From positions 1,248,001 to 1,312,000 of the forward strand of contig OZ240241.1 of NCBI GenBank assembly GCA_965198115.1: a stretch of 64,000 nucleotides of DNA, in the 5' to 3' direction. A program made the translations under genes and the position numbers. A model generated the notes under the pieces. It had not been told where the DNA came from. It saw only the letters and a program-made list of their open reading frames with translations, and did not search any database. This document shows positions 51,283-60,139 of this stretch, in pieces (within the stretch, counting starts at the first letter, position 1; each line of letters starts with the position of its first letter). Origin of the DNA: Candidatus Latescibacterota bacterium (GTDB taxonomy: Bacteria; Latescibacterota; UBA2968).

Positions 51283-52642
51283 CCCCTTCCTCCAACACCA
51301 CCGGGTCCAGTTTGCGCGATAAAACAATGGCGAAAGGCACGAACGCAGCCGAGATCAAGAACACATTCGTGTAGGAGATCAGCGCGACCAGCGCGCCGCC
51401 AAGGATGGGAAGGATGCCTTCGGGCATCATAAAGGCGTTCATGAAACTCGTGTAGGTCGGTCTTCGGTCGTTCGGGGCAATGTCGAGAATGTAGGTCATC
51501 CGCCCCGTGAACATTCCCGACCACGCGGCTCCCGAAAAAACGAACGTCAGCGCGAAATAGCCTACCCGCAAATCGAATGGATAGGTGAAACCGATCGCCG
51601 CCGTCGGATCGACCTGAACGACCGGTATCAGACCCACCGTAAGCGGTATGAGTATCGAGAAACCCAGGACATAGGACCCGAATGCGAGCAGCGCGTGATT
51701 GCCCTTCCGCTGACCGATCCACGCCCACAGCACGTTGGATGAAATCGAACTGAGCTGCATCACGATCGCGAAGAACCCCACGAACTCGGCTCCCATCTCG
51801 AGATCCGTGAGTGCGTAGGGCACGTAAAACGGGGTCCCCATAGCAGCAAAACCCCACAAAAACTGGAGCCCACAAAGCCGACGGTAATTGCGGTCCTCTT
51901 TCAGCACGCCCACACCACGTTTTACATAGTCTCGCAGCGACATCCTGTCGCCGCGAGTGGGCTGTTCGATCGGTTCCCGGATCATCGAGAACGAAGCGAC
52001 CGACAAGCCGATGCTGAGGCCGGCCAGCGTGAACAGCACGCCATAGTTGGTAGGGAATCCGAGACCACTCGCGTCCGAGAGAACATATCCGATCGATACG
52101 CCGGCGATCATCGCCACTCCTCCGCCCCCGAGACGACGCATCGCGAACACACGGGGTCGATCCCTCGCCGGGATCGCCTTCCCCATAATGTCCATCCGCG
52201 GAACGCTGGCGATCCCCATACACGCAGCAGCAAGCGCATAAAGCACGAGAAAGGACATCAGCAGGACCTTCGGATTCGACATACCGAGAAGGATGGTCAC
52301 GGCTCCGATGGCGATCCAGAAAAGGGATTGAAACGTCCCGACCGCCGAGTAGACCGGCATTTTTCGTGGCAGCGGCTCGACGATGCGCCCGATGAAGACC
52401 TGCGGAAAGGACCACCCGATCCGCATCAGAGCCCCCGTGAGACCGACGAGGATGCTCGATGTCGTCAGAGTTTGCACAAAAGCCGGCAGCACAAGGTCCG
52501 AGCTCGCGAACGTGAACCCTGCGAACATCGTGGCACCATTGGCCACGAGCAGCCAGCTGTTGCGCTTGAGCTCGCGCCCCTCCCGCTGCCGGTCCACACG
52601 CTCCTGCAGTGATGGGGTTTCTGTGATGGCTGATTCACGCAT
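51275..52642 (-). CDS. MFS transporter (paralogue 2)
   Basis: SSDLVLPAFV, PRMDIMGK, DIAPNDRRPTY. Confidence 0.88.
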   Translation of the reverse strand: MRESAITETPSLQERVDRQREGRELKRNSWLLVANGATMFAGFTFASSDLVLPAFVQTLTTSSILVGLTGALMRIGWSFPQVFIGRIVEPLPRKMPVYSAVGTFQSLFWIAIGAVTILLGMSNPKVLLMSFLVLYALAAACMGIASVPRMDIMGKAIPARDRPRVFAMRRLGGGGVAMIAGVSIGYVLSDASGLGFPTNYGVLFTLAGLSIGLSVASFSMIREPIEQPTRGDRMSLRDYVKRGVGVLKEDRNYRRLCGLQFLWGFAAMGTPFYVPYALTDLEMGAEFVGFFAIVMQLSSISSNVLWAWIGQRKGNHALLAFGSYVLGFSILIPLTVGLIPVVQVDPTAAIGFTYPFDLRVGYFALTFVFSGAAWSGMFTGRMTYILDIAPNDRRPTYTSFMNAFMMPEGILPILGGALVALISYTNVFLISAAFVPFAIVLSRKLDPVVLEEGDA

Positions 52643-52769
52643 CAGAGACGATTGTCTAGTCGTGAAAAGTAGAGTTCACCTAATAACTGGAACCGCGAAC
52701 CGGGGTTCTTCCAGCTCACGGCCGACGGTTCTCGGTTCACGGAAGTCTGCGCTCTCTGCTGTGACGGTC

Positions 52770-54089
52770 TTAGCTCTGTTGCTGAATCCGATGTGCGAGG
52801 AGAATAGCTGGAGGGAGGAAGCAGAGGCCCGCTAAGAATACGTGACCAAACGATAGCCAAGCGGCCAGCACCCCGCCAACGATCGGCAACAGGCCCTGGA
52901 GCACGCCGAGCGTATTCATAAAGCTCGTGTAAGTGGGTCGTCGATCTTCTGGCGAGAGATCGAGCACGAGCGCCATCCGGCCCGTGTACATTCCGCTCGT
53001 GGCGAAGCCGTTGCACAAAAACGTCAGACTGAAAAAGAGCACTTGCGTGTCGAACGCGGCTACACCGAACACATCGAGTGGGCTGATCGCAATGCTCGGG
53101 ACGAACGGTGTGAGTAGCGGCACGGCCAGCGATGCACCCAGGAGGTACGTTCCGTAGATCATGAGGGAGCGACTGCCTCCCCGCGTGCCGACCCATGCCC
53201 ACAGGGCATTCGAAAGAATGGAGCTGACCTGCGTGACAGAGACGAAGAGCCCAATGTAAACCGTCGAAATGTGCAGATCGGTCAGCGCGTAGGGAACGTA
53301 AAAGGACGTTCCCATCATCGCGGCTGCCCAGAGATATCGCAGGATGAACAGCCGCCGATAATCCGCGTCCTCCTTGAGCAGACGAAACCCACTGGCAAGG
53401 TAGGATCGCATCGGTTCTCTTTCGCGTGCGACGTTCTCGATCGGCTCCCGGATCATCCGGAAAATCGACAGAGAGATGAGCGTGAAGGACCCGCTCAACA
53501 CGAAGAGAACCGCATAACCCCTCGGAAACACCAGACCCGAGGCATCGCTGAGCAGATAGGAAATGGCCACACCGGTCCCGATTGCCAGGCCGCCGCCAAG
53601 CAGCCGGCGCAGGGCGAACACGCGTGCCCGGTCTCCCGATGGAATCACCTTCCCAATCACATCCATCCACGGGACGTTCTTGATGCCCATCAACGACGTG
53701 GCCAGCGCGTAGAGTAGCAGGTAAAGCCCCAACAGAACGTTCGGTGACTCATCAGCCAGCATCCACGTCCCCACCCCGATGCCGATGGTGACCGAGCTCT
53801 GGAGCAGACCCGCGAGCACGAACACGGGCAGCTTGCGTTCCCGTCCCTCGATCAGATTGGAAATCAGGATCTGCGGCCAGGCCCATCCGACGCGCATCAT
53901 CGCGCGTGAAAGTCCGACGAGCACGCTCGATCCCGTCAGCAGCTGGATGTAGGCTGGAATCACCGCCTCGGAGCTCGAGAACGAATGCGCAAACTGCATC
54001 ACTCCGCCGTTGATAATGATCAGACGAGAGTTGCGCCTCGCGTCTCGTTCGTCCGTCGCTGCGGGCCGTGGTAATGCCGCCTCAGACAC
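52770..54089 (-). CDS. MFS transporter (paralogue 1)
   Basis: SSEAVIPAYI, PWMDVIGK, DLSPEDRRPTY. Confidence 0.88.
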   Translation of the reverse strand: MSEAALPRPAATDERDARRNSRLIIINGGVMQFAHSFSSSEAVIPAYIQLLTGSSVLVGLSRAMMRVGWAWPQILISNLIEGRERKLPVFVLAGLLQSSVTIGIGVGTWMLADESPNVLLGLYLLLYALATSLMGIKNVPWMDVIGKVIPSGDRARVFALRRLLGGGLAIGTGVAISYLLSDASGLVFPRGYAVLFVLSGSFTLISLSIFRMIREPIENVAREREPMRSYLASGFRLLKEDADYRRLFILRYLWAAAMMGTSFYVPYALTDLHISTVYIGLFVSVTQVSSILSNALWAWVGTRGGSRSLMIYGTYLLGASLAVPLLTPFVPSIAISPLDVFGVAAFDTQVLFFSLTFLCNGFATSGMYTGRMALVLDLSPEDRRPTYTSFMNTLGVLQGLLPIVGGVLAAWLSFGHVFLAGLCFLPPAILLAHRIQQQS

Positions 54090-54298
54090 GTTGGGTCATT
54101 TGATTGGGTGATGTATCTGTTGAGTATCCCGATTTGGAGCCGCTTGGCCGGCAGCTCGCAACAGCGCCCCCGGGCAGAGCCCAGGGGCGAGCGAGCGCAT
54201 TGCCCAATTATCACAAATAGAGCGTACGCTCGTCCCTGTGCTCCGCACGGGGACGCCTTGGTTTATCGCCTGATGATTACTCACACTCTACGTCCCAG

Positions 54299-55930
54299 CT
54301 AAACTCCGAGGGCGTAGCCATCGCGTCTGGGATCGGCGCCTCCCATCATCGCGCCCGAATCGGGATCGACTGCAATGCCCTGCGCGCCTCCTACCGCTGC
54401 CGAGAAATCAGGCAGAGCTTCGATGTCGTGTCCCTTCGCGATCAGAGCTTCCCAGACTTCAGCGGGAACCCGGCTCTCCATCACGATCCGTTTGCCCGGC
54501 GCCCCGAACCGGAACCGAGGAGCTTCGATCGCAGCCTGAATGTTCATTTCGTAATCGATGAAGTTCGTCGTGAACTGGGTCGTTGTCTGCTGGATGCCCC
54601 AGCTCCCGGGCGTCCCGAGCGCTGACACGAGCCGGCCGTCTCGCCAAATCTGGCACGGCGAAAGACACATATCGACTTTCTTGTGGGGTTCGATGCAGTT
54701 CGGACTGCCGGGAACGACGTCTCCCCACTTGATGAAGTTGTTGAGAAACATACCGGTCTCGCCCAGCGCCACACCGGATCCGAATCCAGATCCCAGACTC
54801 TGTGTGATGGCCACCGAATTGCCGTCCGCATCGACCGCGTCAAAATGCGTCGTGCACTCGTTGATCCAATCTGATTCGGTGCCTGCCGGCACTGCTCCGC
54901 CCACGGGTTCCGGCGGAAAATACTCGCCACCGGTCACGCTCGCTTCCTCACCGATCATTGCACGGCGTTTGGCCGCGTAGCCCTTCGACAGGAGCCCATC
55001 GATCGGGGCGTCGTCGCCCTGGGCCGCATACTGAACCCGGTCGGCGTTGCTGAACTTGAGGGCCTCGATAAACAGATGCAACCCCTCTACCGAGTGATGG
55101 CCGATCGCCGCCAGATCATCTCCTTCGAGCATATTCAAGGTCTGTAGGATCTGGAACCCGGAGCTTGGTGCCGGTGGCGTAAAGACATCGAACCCACGAT
55201 AGTTGGTGCGGATCGGCTCGACCCAGATCGGCTCGAAATCGGCCAGGTCCTTCTCGCTCAGATAGCCTCCTTCGGACTGTACGAAGGATGTCATCTCCGC
55301 GGCCAGGTCTCCGCGGTAGAAGACATCCCGCCCTCCTTCGACGACACGCCGGAAAGATCGAGCAAGATTGCCCTGGACGAGAATATCGCCGGGTGCGGGA
55401 CCCGACCCGTTCGGGGCAATGATGGCAGCACCTGTCGGCCGCATTCGGGGAACCGAACTGGACATGAACGTATGGTTCTTGACCGTGACGGCGTAGCCAT
55501 TCTCCGCGAGTTCGATGGCCGGCTGGAAAACGGTCGCGCGATCCATCGTGCCGTGACGTTCGAGCAGCTCGAGCCAGCCGGCGCAGGCGCCGGGAACGAG
55601 ACAGGACGTCACACCCCCTTCCTGCAGGTCTTCGGTCGGAAATTTGTCTGCCGTGGCCTGATACGGCGTCGGGCCGCAATAGTCGAGAACCGAAAGCTTC
55701 CCCTCCTCGGCGGAATGAATCAATGCATAACCGACGCCCGCGATTCCTGACATATAGGGTTCAACCACGTTCAGCGCCGCCGCTGTCGCCACGATCGCGT
55801 CGAAGGCGTTCCCGCCTTGCAGTAGCATACGCACGCCCGCAAGCGTGGCGAGAGGGTGTGCGCTCGCAACCATTCCACGTGTGCCCGTGACTGTCGGCCG
55901 ATGGACCGTGCCCTTCGCGGAAAACGCCAT
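54299..55930 (-). CDS. ggt: gamma-glutamyltransferase family protein
   Basis: GGNAFDA, VVEPYMSG, TTHF (catalytic Thr), GTPG, GADPRRDG. Confidence 0.93.
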   Translation of the reverse strand: MAFSAKGTVHRPTVTGTRGMVASAHPLATLAGVRMLLQGGNAFDAIVATAAALNVVEPYMSGIAGVGYALIHSAEEGKLSVLDYCGPTPYQATADKFPTEDLQEGGVTSCLVPGACAGWLELLERHGTMDRATVFQPAIELAENGYAVTVKNHTFMSSSVPRMRPTGAAIIAPNGSGPAPGDILVQGNLARSFRRVVEGGRDVFYRGDLAAEMTSFVQSEGGYLSEKDLADFEPIWVEPIRTNYRGFDVFTPPAPSSGFQILQTLNMLEGDDLAAIGHHSVEGLHLFIEALKFSNADRVQYAAQGDDAPIDGLLSKGYAAKRRAMIGEEASVTGGEYFPPEPVGGAVPAGTESDWINECTTHFDAVDADGNSVAITQSLGSGFGSGVALGETGMFLNNFIKWGDVVPGSPNCIEPHKKVDMCLSPCQIWRDGRLVSALGTPGSWGIQQTTTQFTTNFIDYEMNIQAAIEAPRFRFGAPGKRIVMESRVPAEVWEALIAKGHDIEALPDFSAAVGGAQGIAVDPDSGAMMGGADPRRDGYALGV

Positions 55931-56661
55931 ACTCATCTCCTTGAAATCGACCATCGACCGATGCCGTCAACGGTCATAAAAGCGGCCCCCGACAGGATTG
56001 AAATCCTTGCGCCGGAGGCCGGTTAACCAACGTAACAGTCGGGGGTTACTCGCCTGAATCGGGAAACAGCTGGCCAGAAGCGGATCGTCCGGCGAAAGCG
56101 TCTGAACCCGCTCTTTCAGCTGCGAAACCTGCCCGCGCAGCGCCTCGACTTCCTGGTTGACATCGTAGAGCCGCGCATAGAGCAGCTTGATGAGGTTCGC
56201 CAGCATATGGTTCCCCATCTGCGGGTCTTCTTCGAGCATTTCGTCAAGACCCTCGGAGCTCAACAACAACACGTCGGACGTTTCGTCCACAATGATCCGC
56301 GTGGATCGAATCTGTCCCGTGAAGACACCCATTTCGCCAGTCATGACCTCCGGCAAAGCCGGAGGCTTGAAAACTTGTGAACCGCTCAAAGCGGTTGGAA
56401 ACCAAGCGCCACCTAAAGGTGGCGATTACCTGAAAATGTTGAGCTGGTCGAGACTCAGGTCCTCCCGCTCCTGGTTCTGGATATACTCCCGAACCGTCTG
56501 TTCATCCTTGCCAACGGTGGAGACCCAGTAGCCTCTTGCCCAGAAATGCTGCCCGGTGAAGTTCGACCTGCGTCCCAGATAGTTCCGAGCAATGTGAATC
56601 GCACTCTTTCCTTTGATGAACCCTACCGTCTGAGCTACTGAGTGCTTCGGCGGGATCGAAA

Positions 56662-58035
56662 GAGCTCAGGTCAATAGGTGTGTAAAAGAAATCAGGCGGC
56701 CATCTTCCCGGCTTCGACCTGCGGTCCGGTTGAGTGTTTCTGATCGTAGACTTGTTGTAGCAAGTGTGGCGCGGTGAGTTTCCTGAATCGGCTCTCTGCG
56801 ACCTTGAGCGTACGCCAGATGAGAGTCGTGGCGTTCCTGACTTTCTTGAATCGCCTGGCGGCGTTTGTGCGAAGCCGAACGGAAGCAAAGGGGCTCTCGA
56901 CGACGTTCGTGGTTCTCAGGTGTTTCCAGTGTTCCTTCGGGAAGTCGTAGAACGTGACCATCCGATCCCAGTCTCTTTCGAGCGTCTCCACGGCGGCAGG
57001 GAACTGTGAGCGATACCGTGCGGCAAAGCGTTTCCGGAGCTTCTCGGCCTCCTTTTTCGTGCCGGCATAGGGGATCTGGACGAGCAGTGCGCGGGCTTCA
57101 GCCTGTGCACGCTTGGCGACCTTGTCGAGCACGTTGAGGATCTTGTGGTTCCAGCACCGTTGTTGCCGGCTCTCTGGCCAGACCTGATCAACGGCCGCCC
57201 AGATGCCCATATTCCCGTCCGCGGCGATCAGGACAGGATGTTCGAGCCCGCGATCCCGGAGATCCCGGAGCACCGTGAGCCAGGATTCTGTAGACTCTCG
57301 ATAACCGGGTTCTATCGCCAGGATCTCCTTGCTGCCGTCGCTCATCGCGCCGATCACGACCAGCAGACACGCCTTCTCGCGCTCGAGCCCGGCTTTGACG
57401 TAGATGCCATCAGCCCAGGCGTAGACCAGTTCGCGATTATCCAGACGCCTTTCTTTCCAGTCCTGGAAGTCGACCTCCCACTTCCCTCGAAGACGAGCGA
57501 TCGAGGTCGGCGAAAGCGGCGCGCCATCACCGAGCAGCGCACGCAAAGACAACTCGAAGTCGCCCTGGGAGAGACCGTGGAGATAAAGGTCGGGAAGCAG
57601 ATCTCCAATGGCCCTGGTTCTCCGGGCGAACAGGGGGAGGATGCGGCTTTCAAACCGCTCTTCCAGACCACGAACCCGGGGACGCCGGACCTTGATCGTT
57701 CCGCAGCTCGTCGAGAGACGCCGGGGCTTGCCGTAGCCGTTCCTGTAGCCCGTGGAGCTATCGACCTCGGCTCGGCGCTCATACCACGACCGGCCCAAGA
57801 ACGCGGTCGCCTCCTCCTCCAGAATGGACTGGAACCGGCCCTGGATCTCTTCACGGATCCAATCGTCAACCGTCTCCCACGTCGGCATGGACTTCAATGG
57901 GGCTCTATGCGTATGTTCCTTCACGGCGATCCTCCTTCCCAACCGGGCCTCTCACCCGGTTTTGTGTGAATCAACTATCTCACGGGAAGGGTAGGGTCGC
58001 CCTTTCTCTTTTTCCACACCTTTTGATTATAGCTC
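56662..58035 (-). mobile_element. IS256-family insertion sequence (element B)
   Basis: TIRs GAGCTCAGGTCAATAGGTGTGTAA / GAGCTATAATCAAAAGGTGTGGAA. 8-bp TSD GATCGAAA at 56654-56661 and 58036-58043. Confidence 0.94.
56692..57942 (-). CDS. IS256-family transposase
   Basis: YRNGY, RPRVR, YAWADG, AADG, QRCWNHK, RTTNVVES. Confidence 0.95.
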   Translation of the reverse strand: MGRRIAVKEHTHRAPLKSMPTWETVDDWIREEIQGRFQSILEEEATAFLGRSWYERRAEVDSSTGYRNGYGKPRRLSTSCGTIKVRRPRVRGLEERFESRILPLFARRTRAIGDLLPDLYLHGLSQGDFELSLRALLGDGAPLSPTSIARLRGKWEVDFQDWKERRLDNRELVYAWADGIYVKAGLEREKACLLVVIGAMSDGSKEILAIEPGYRESTESWLTVLRDLRDRGLEHPVLIAADGNMGIWAAVDQVWPESRQQRCWNHKILNVLDKVAKRAQAEARALLVQIPYAGTKKEAEKLRKRFAARYRSQFPAAVETLERDWDRMVTFYDFPKEHWKHLRTTNVVESPFASVRLRTNAARRFKKVRNATTLIWRTLKVAESRFRKLTAPHLLQQVYDQKHSTGPQVEAGKMAA

Positions 58036-58787
58036 GATCGAAATCAACGTGTGCACATGGTCGGATCGCAGGTGACCCTCTTCCACACGGCATTCCTTCT
58101 GTGCGGCCAGATCCCGAATCACCTCGCCCAGATAGCGACGAATTTCACCATACAACACTTTTCTACGATACTTCCGAACCCAAACAACGTCATACTTGCA
58201 CTCCCATACCGTGTGACGTAGACTCCTTACGTTGTTCATTAGAGAGCCTTCCTTCCGTGTGCTTTGAGCGGTCCACGGCAAGGGAGGCTCTTACATATTT
58301 CTGGAACTGTCAAACTCTGGGAGTCTCCCCGGCAGAGCCGGGGGCTTACCAAGGTTTAGTTACATCAGCGTACAGGGTCCAGATGGTCCAGAAATTCTCC
58401 GGATGCGGACTCCAAACGGAGTCGGCCATCGAGTATCACGATCAGCCACTCGTCGATGGTTCTCGGCTCGGAGAGGACGGTACCCGGCTGGACCGTCTTA
58501 CGTTCGCCCAGGTCGAGCAAGGCCTGGATCTGCTGGTAATCCAGATCCTCGAACAAGGGAACATCGAGAAGCACTTTCACGAGCTGTACATCGTCCGACA
58601 TGCCCGGTCCTTTCCGGCTTATAACACACCAAAGGGGTTGAAGATCGCCCCCGATCAAGAGCACATAAGAAAGCCGCCGGGCACCCCAAAGTCAAGACTT
58701 GAGATGTGGGAAAGGGGTCGCGTCCACGGTCGCACCGGCCTATATTGGCGCCCGAATCACGAAACCCCAGCCCAACAGGAGCCCTGA

Positions 58788-59915
58788 GTGATGAACGTCA
58801 TAGAGATGACCGGCGAATTCGTCTCCCACAATTCGGCAAGCCAGCTGACCAACGTGCCCGTTTCAAAGGCGATCGCCAAGCGTATGCGGGAGGCCGGGAT
58901 GACGGTCGAAACTCTCCGCTATGATGATCCTCGCGGCGTACCGAAGATGTCCGTCGTCGGAAAAAAGGGTAGAGGCACGGGCGGTCTTGCCCTGATGGGG
59001 CATTCGGATGTCGTACCGGCCGAAGGATGGGCTTGGGATCCGTTCAAGCTCACGAAAAAAAAGGGGAAACTTTACGGGCGTGGCAGTGCGGATATGAAGG
59101 GCTCGGTCGCGTGCATGATCGCCGCTACAGACCGCTTTTCGTCTCGAGATCTGAAGCAGCCCATCTACGTTGTGGCGACTTCCGACGAGGAAATCAACTG
59201 CGGTGGCGCCGACCAGGTACATCGCCATTCGAAAACTCTCAAGGAGGGTAAAGTCCGCTACGGCATCATCGGAGAACCGACGCTGCTCGACGTCGTCGTC
59301 GCCCACAAGGGCTCCTTCAAAGCCGACGTCACCGCCCGCGGGAAGGCGACACACAGCAGTACAGGCAGAGGGTTCAACGCGAACCATAAGATGGTCCCCT
59401 TCCTGAACGAAGTCATCGAGCTTGGGAAGAAGCTCGACAGAGACCCGAAGTTCCGCGACGACCGTTTCACGCCCCCGAACTGCACGATGAACATCGTGAT
59501 GGGCGATGGGGACACCGCCGCGAACATCACAGCGCCATTGAGCAGGGCAACCGTCAACTGTCGGGTGATGCCGGGTCAGAACTGGGCGCCGATCGCGAAG
59601 CGGATCCGAGCCCTCGCAAAGAAGCACGACGTGACGGCCAAAATTTTCGACAGCCTCAAACCGCTCGACACGCCGGTCGACTCCCGCGTCGTCCAGGAGG
59701 CCCTCGCCGTCACGGGCAAACGGACGACGAAAACAGTCTCTTATGGCACCGACGGAATGGTCTTCGGAAAGTCGATCGAATGCGTCGTCCTGGGTCCGGG
59801 TGACATCAAGCAGGCCCATACGATCGATGAATGGATACTGCCGGAGCAGCTCAAAAAGGGCGTTGATGTCTTCGGTCAGATGGTTGCACGGTTCTGTATC
59901 GAAGACCCCTCTTGA
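58788..59915 (+). CDS. M20 metallopeptidase, acetylornithine deacetylase (ArgE-like)
   Basis: GHSDVVP, GRGSADMKG, SDEE, GEPT, YGTDG, AHTIDE. Confidence 0.9.
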   Translation: MMNVIEMTGEFVSHNSASQLTNVPVSKAIAKRMREAGMTVETLRYDDPRGVPKMSVVGKKGRGTGGLALMGHSDVVPAEGWAWDPFKLTKKKGKLYGRGSADMKGSVACMIAATDRFSSRDLKQPIYVVATSDEEINCGGADQVHRHSKTLKEGKVRYGIIGEPTLLDVVVAHKGSFKADVTARGKATHSSTGRGFNANHKMVPFLNEVIELGKKLDRDPKFRDDRFTPPNCTMNIVMGDGDTAANITAPLSRATVNCRVMPGQNWAPIAKRIRALAKKHDVTAKIFDSLKPLDTPVDSRVVQEALAVTGKRTTKTVSYGTDGMVFGKSIECVVLGPGDIKQAHTIDEWILPEQLKKGVDVFGQMVARFCIEDPS

Positions 59916-60139
59916 GAAACTGAGCGGGGGACGAGGAGAACGCGTGAGGCGATTGCCTCGACTTGGCGAGCAGGCGTGGCAGCGGGCCCCCTCTGGACGA
60001 TAGCAATGACCCGATAAATTCGATCGGCATGCGGGTGCTCCACCGACTGAAAGCAATCCAAACCTCACGCTCTCCGCGCCCTCTATTCCCCATCTCTATC
60101 TCGATCCATTGCCCTCCGTGACCTCCGTGGTAAGTTTTC

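Larger units (their letters stand above)
56426..58239 (-). pseudogene. tnpA: IS200 HUH (Y1) transposase, split
   Basis: KYRRKVLY...DHVHTLISI | PPKHSVAQTVGFIKGKS...FWARGYWVSTVG...YIQNQ. Confidence 0.92.
56340..58363 (-). mobile_element. IS200/IS605-family element (tnpA only), interrupted by IS256
   Basis: Sub-terminal hairpins CCCCGGCTCTGCCGGGG (left) and CCTCCGGCTTTGCCGGAGG (right). Inserted 3' of TGAT, ends in TGAC, no TSD. Confidence 0.88.
55967..58601 (-). pseudogene. cyclic-nucleotide-binding (Crp-like cNMP domain) protein disrupted by nested ISs
   Basis: The 5' half LLDVPLFEDLD...VILDGRL...DPVR and the 3' half GEMGVFTGQIRSTR (FGE...RS phosphate-binding cassette) flank the IS200. The rejoined sequence still lacks one base. 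Confidence 0.85.

Noticed and set aside
56340-58363. TnpB/IscB RNA-guided nuclease system
   Set aside because: After removing the IS256 and one TSD the element is ~640 bp with tnpA only, and there is no RuvC ORF.
58365-58367. Selenocysteine TGA in the cNMP-binding gene
   Set aside because: The adjacent hairpin is the IS200 left end, and the downstream half is out of frame.
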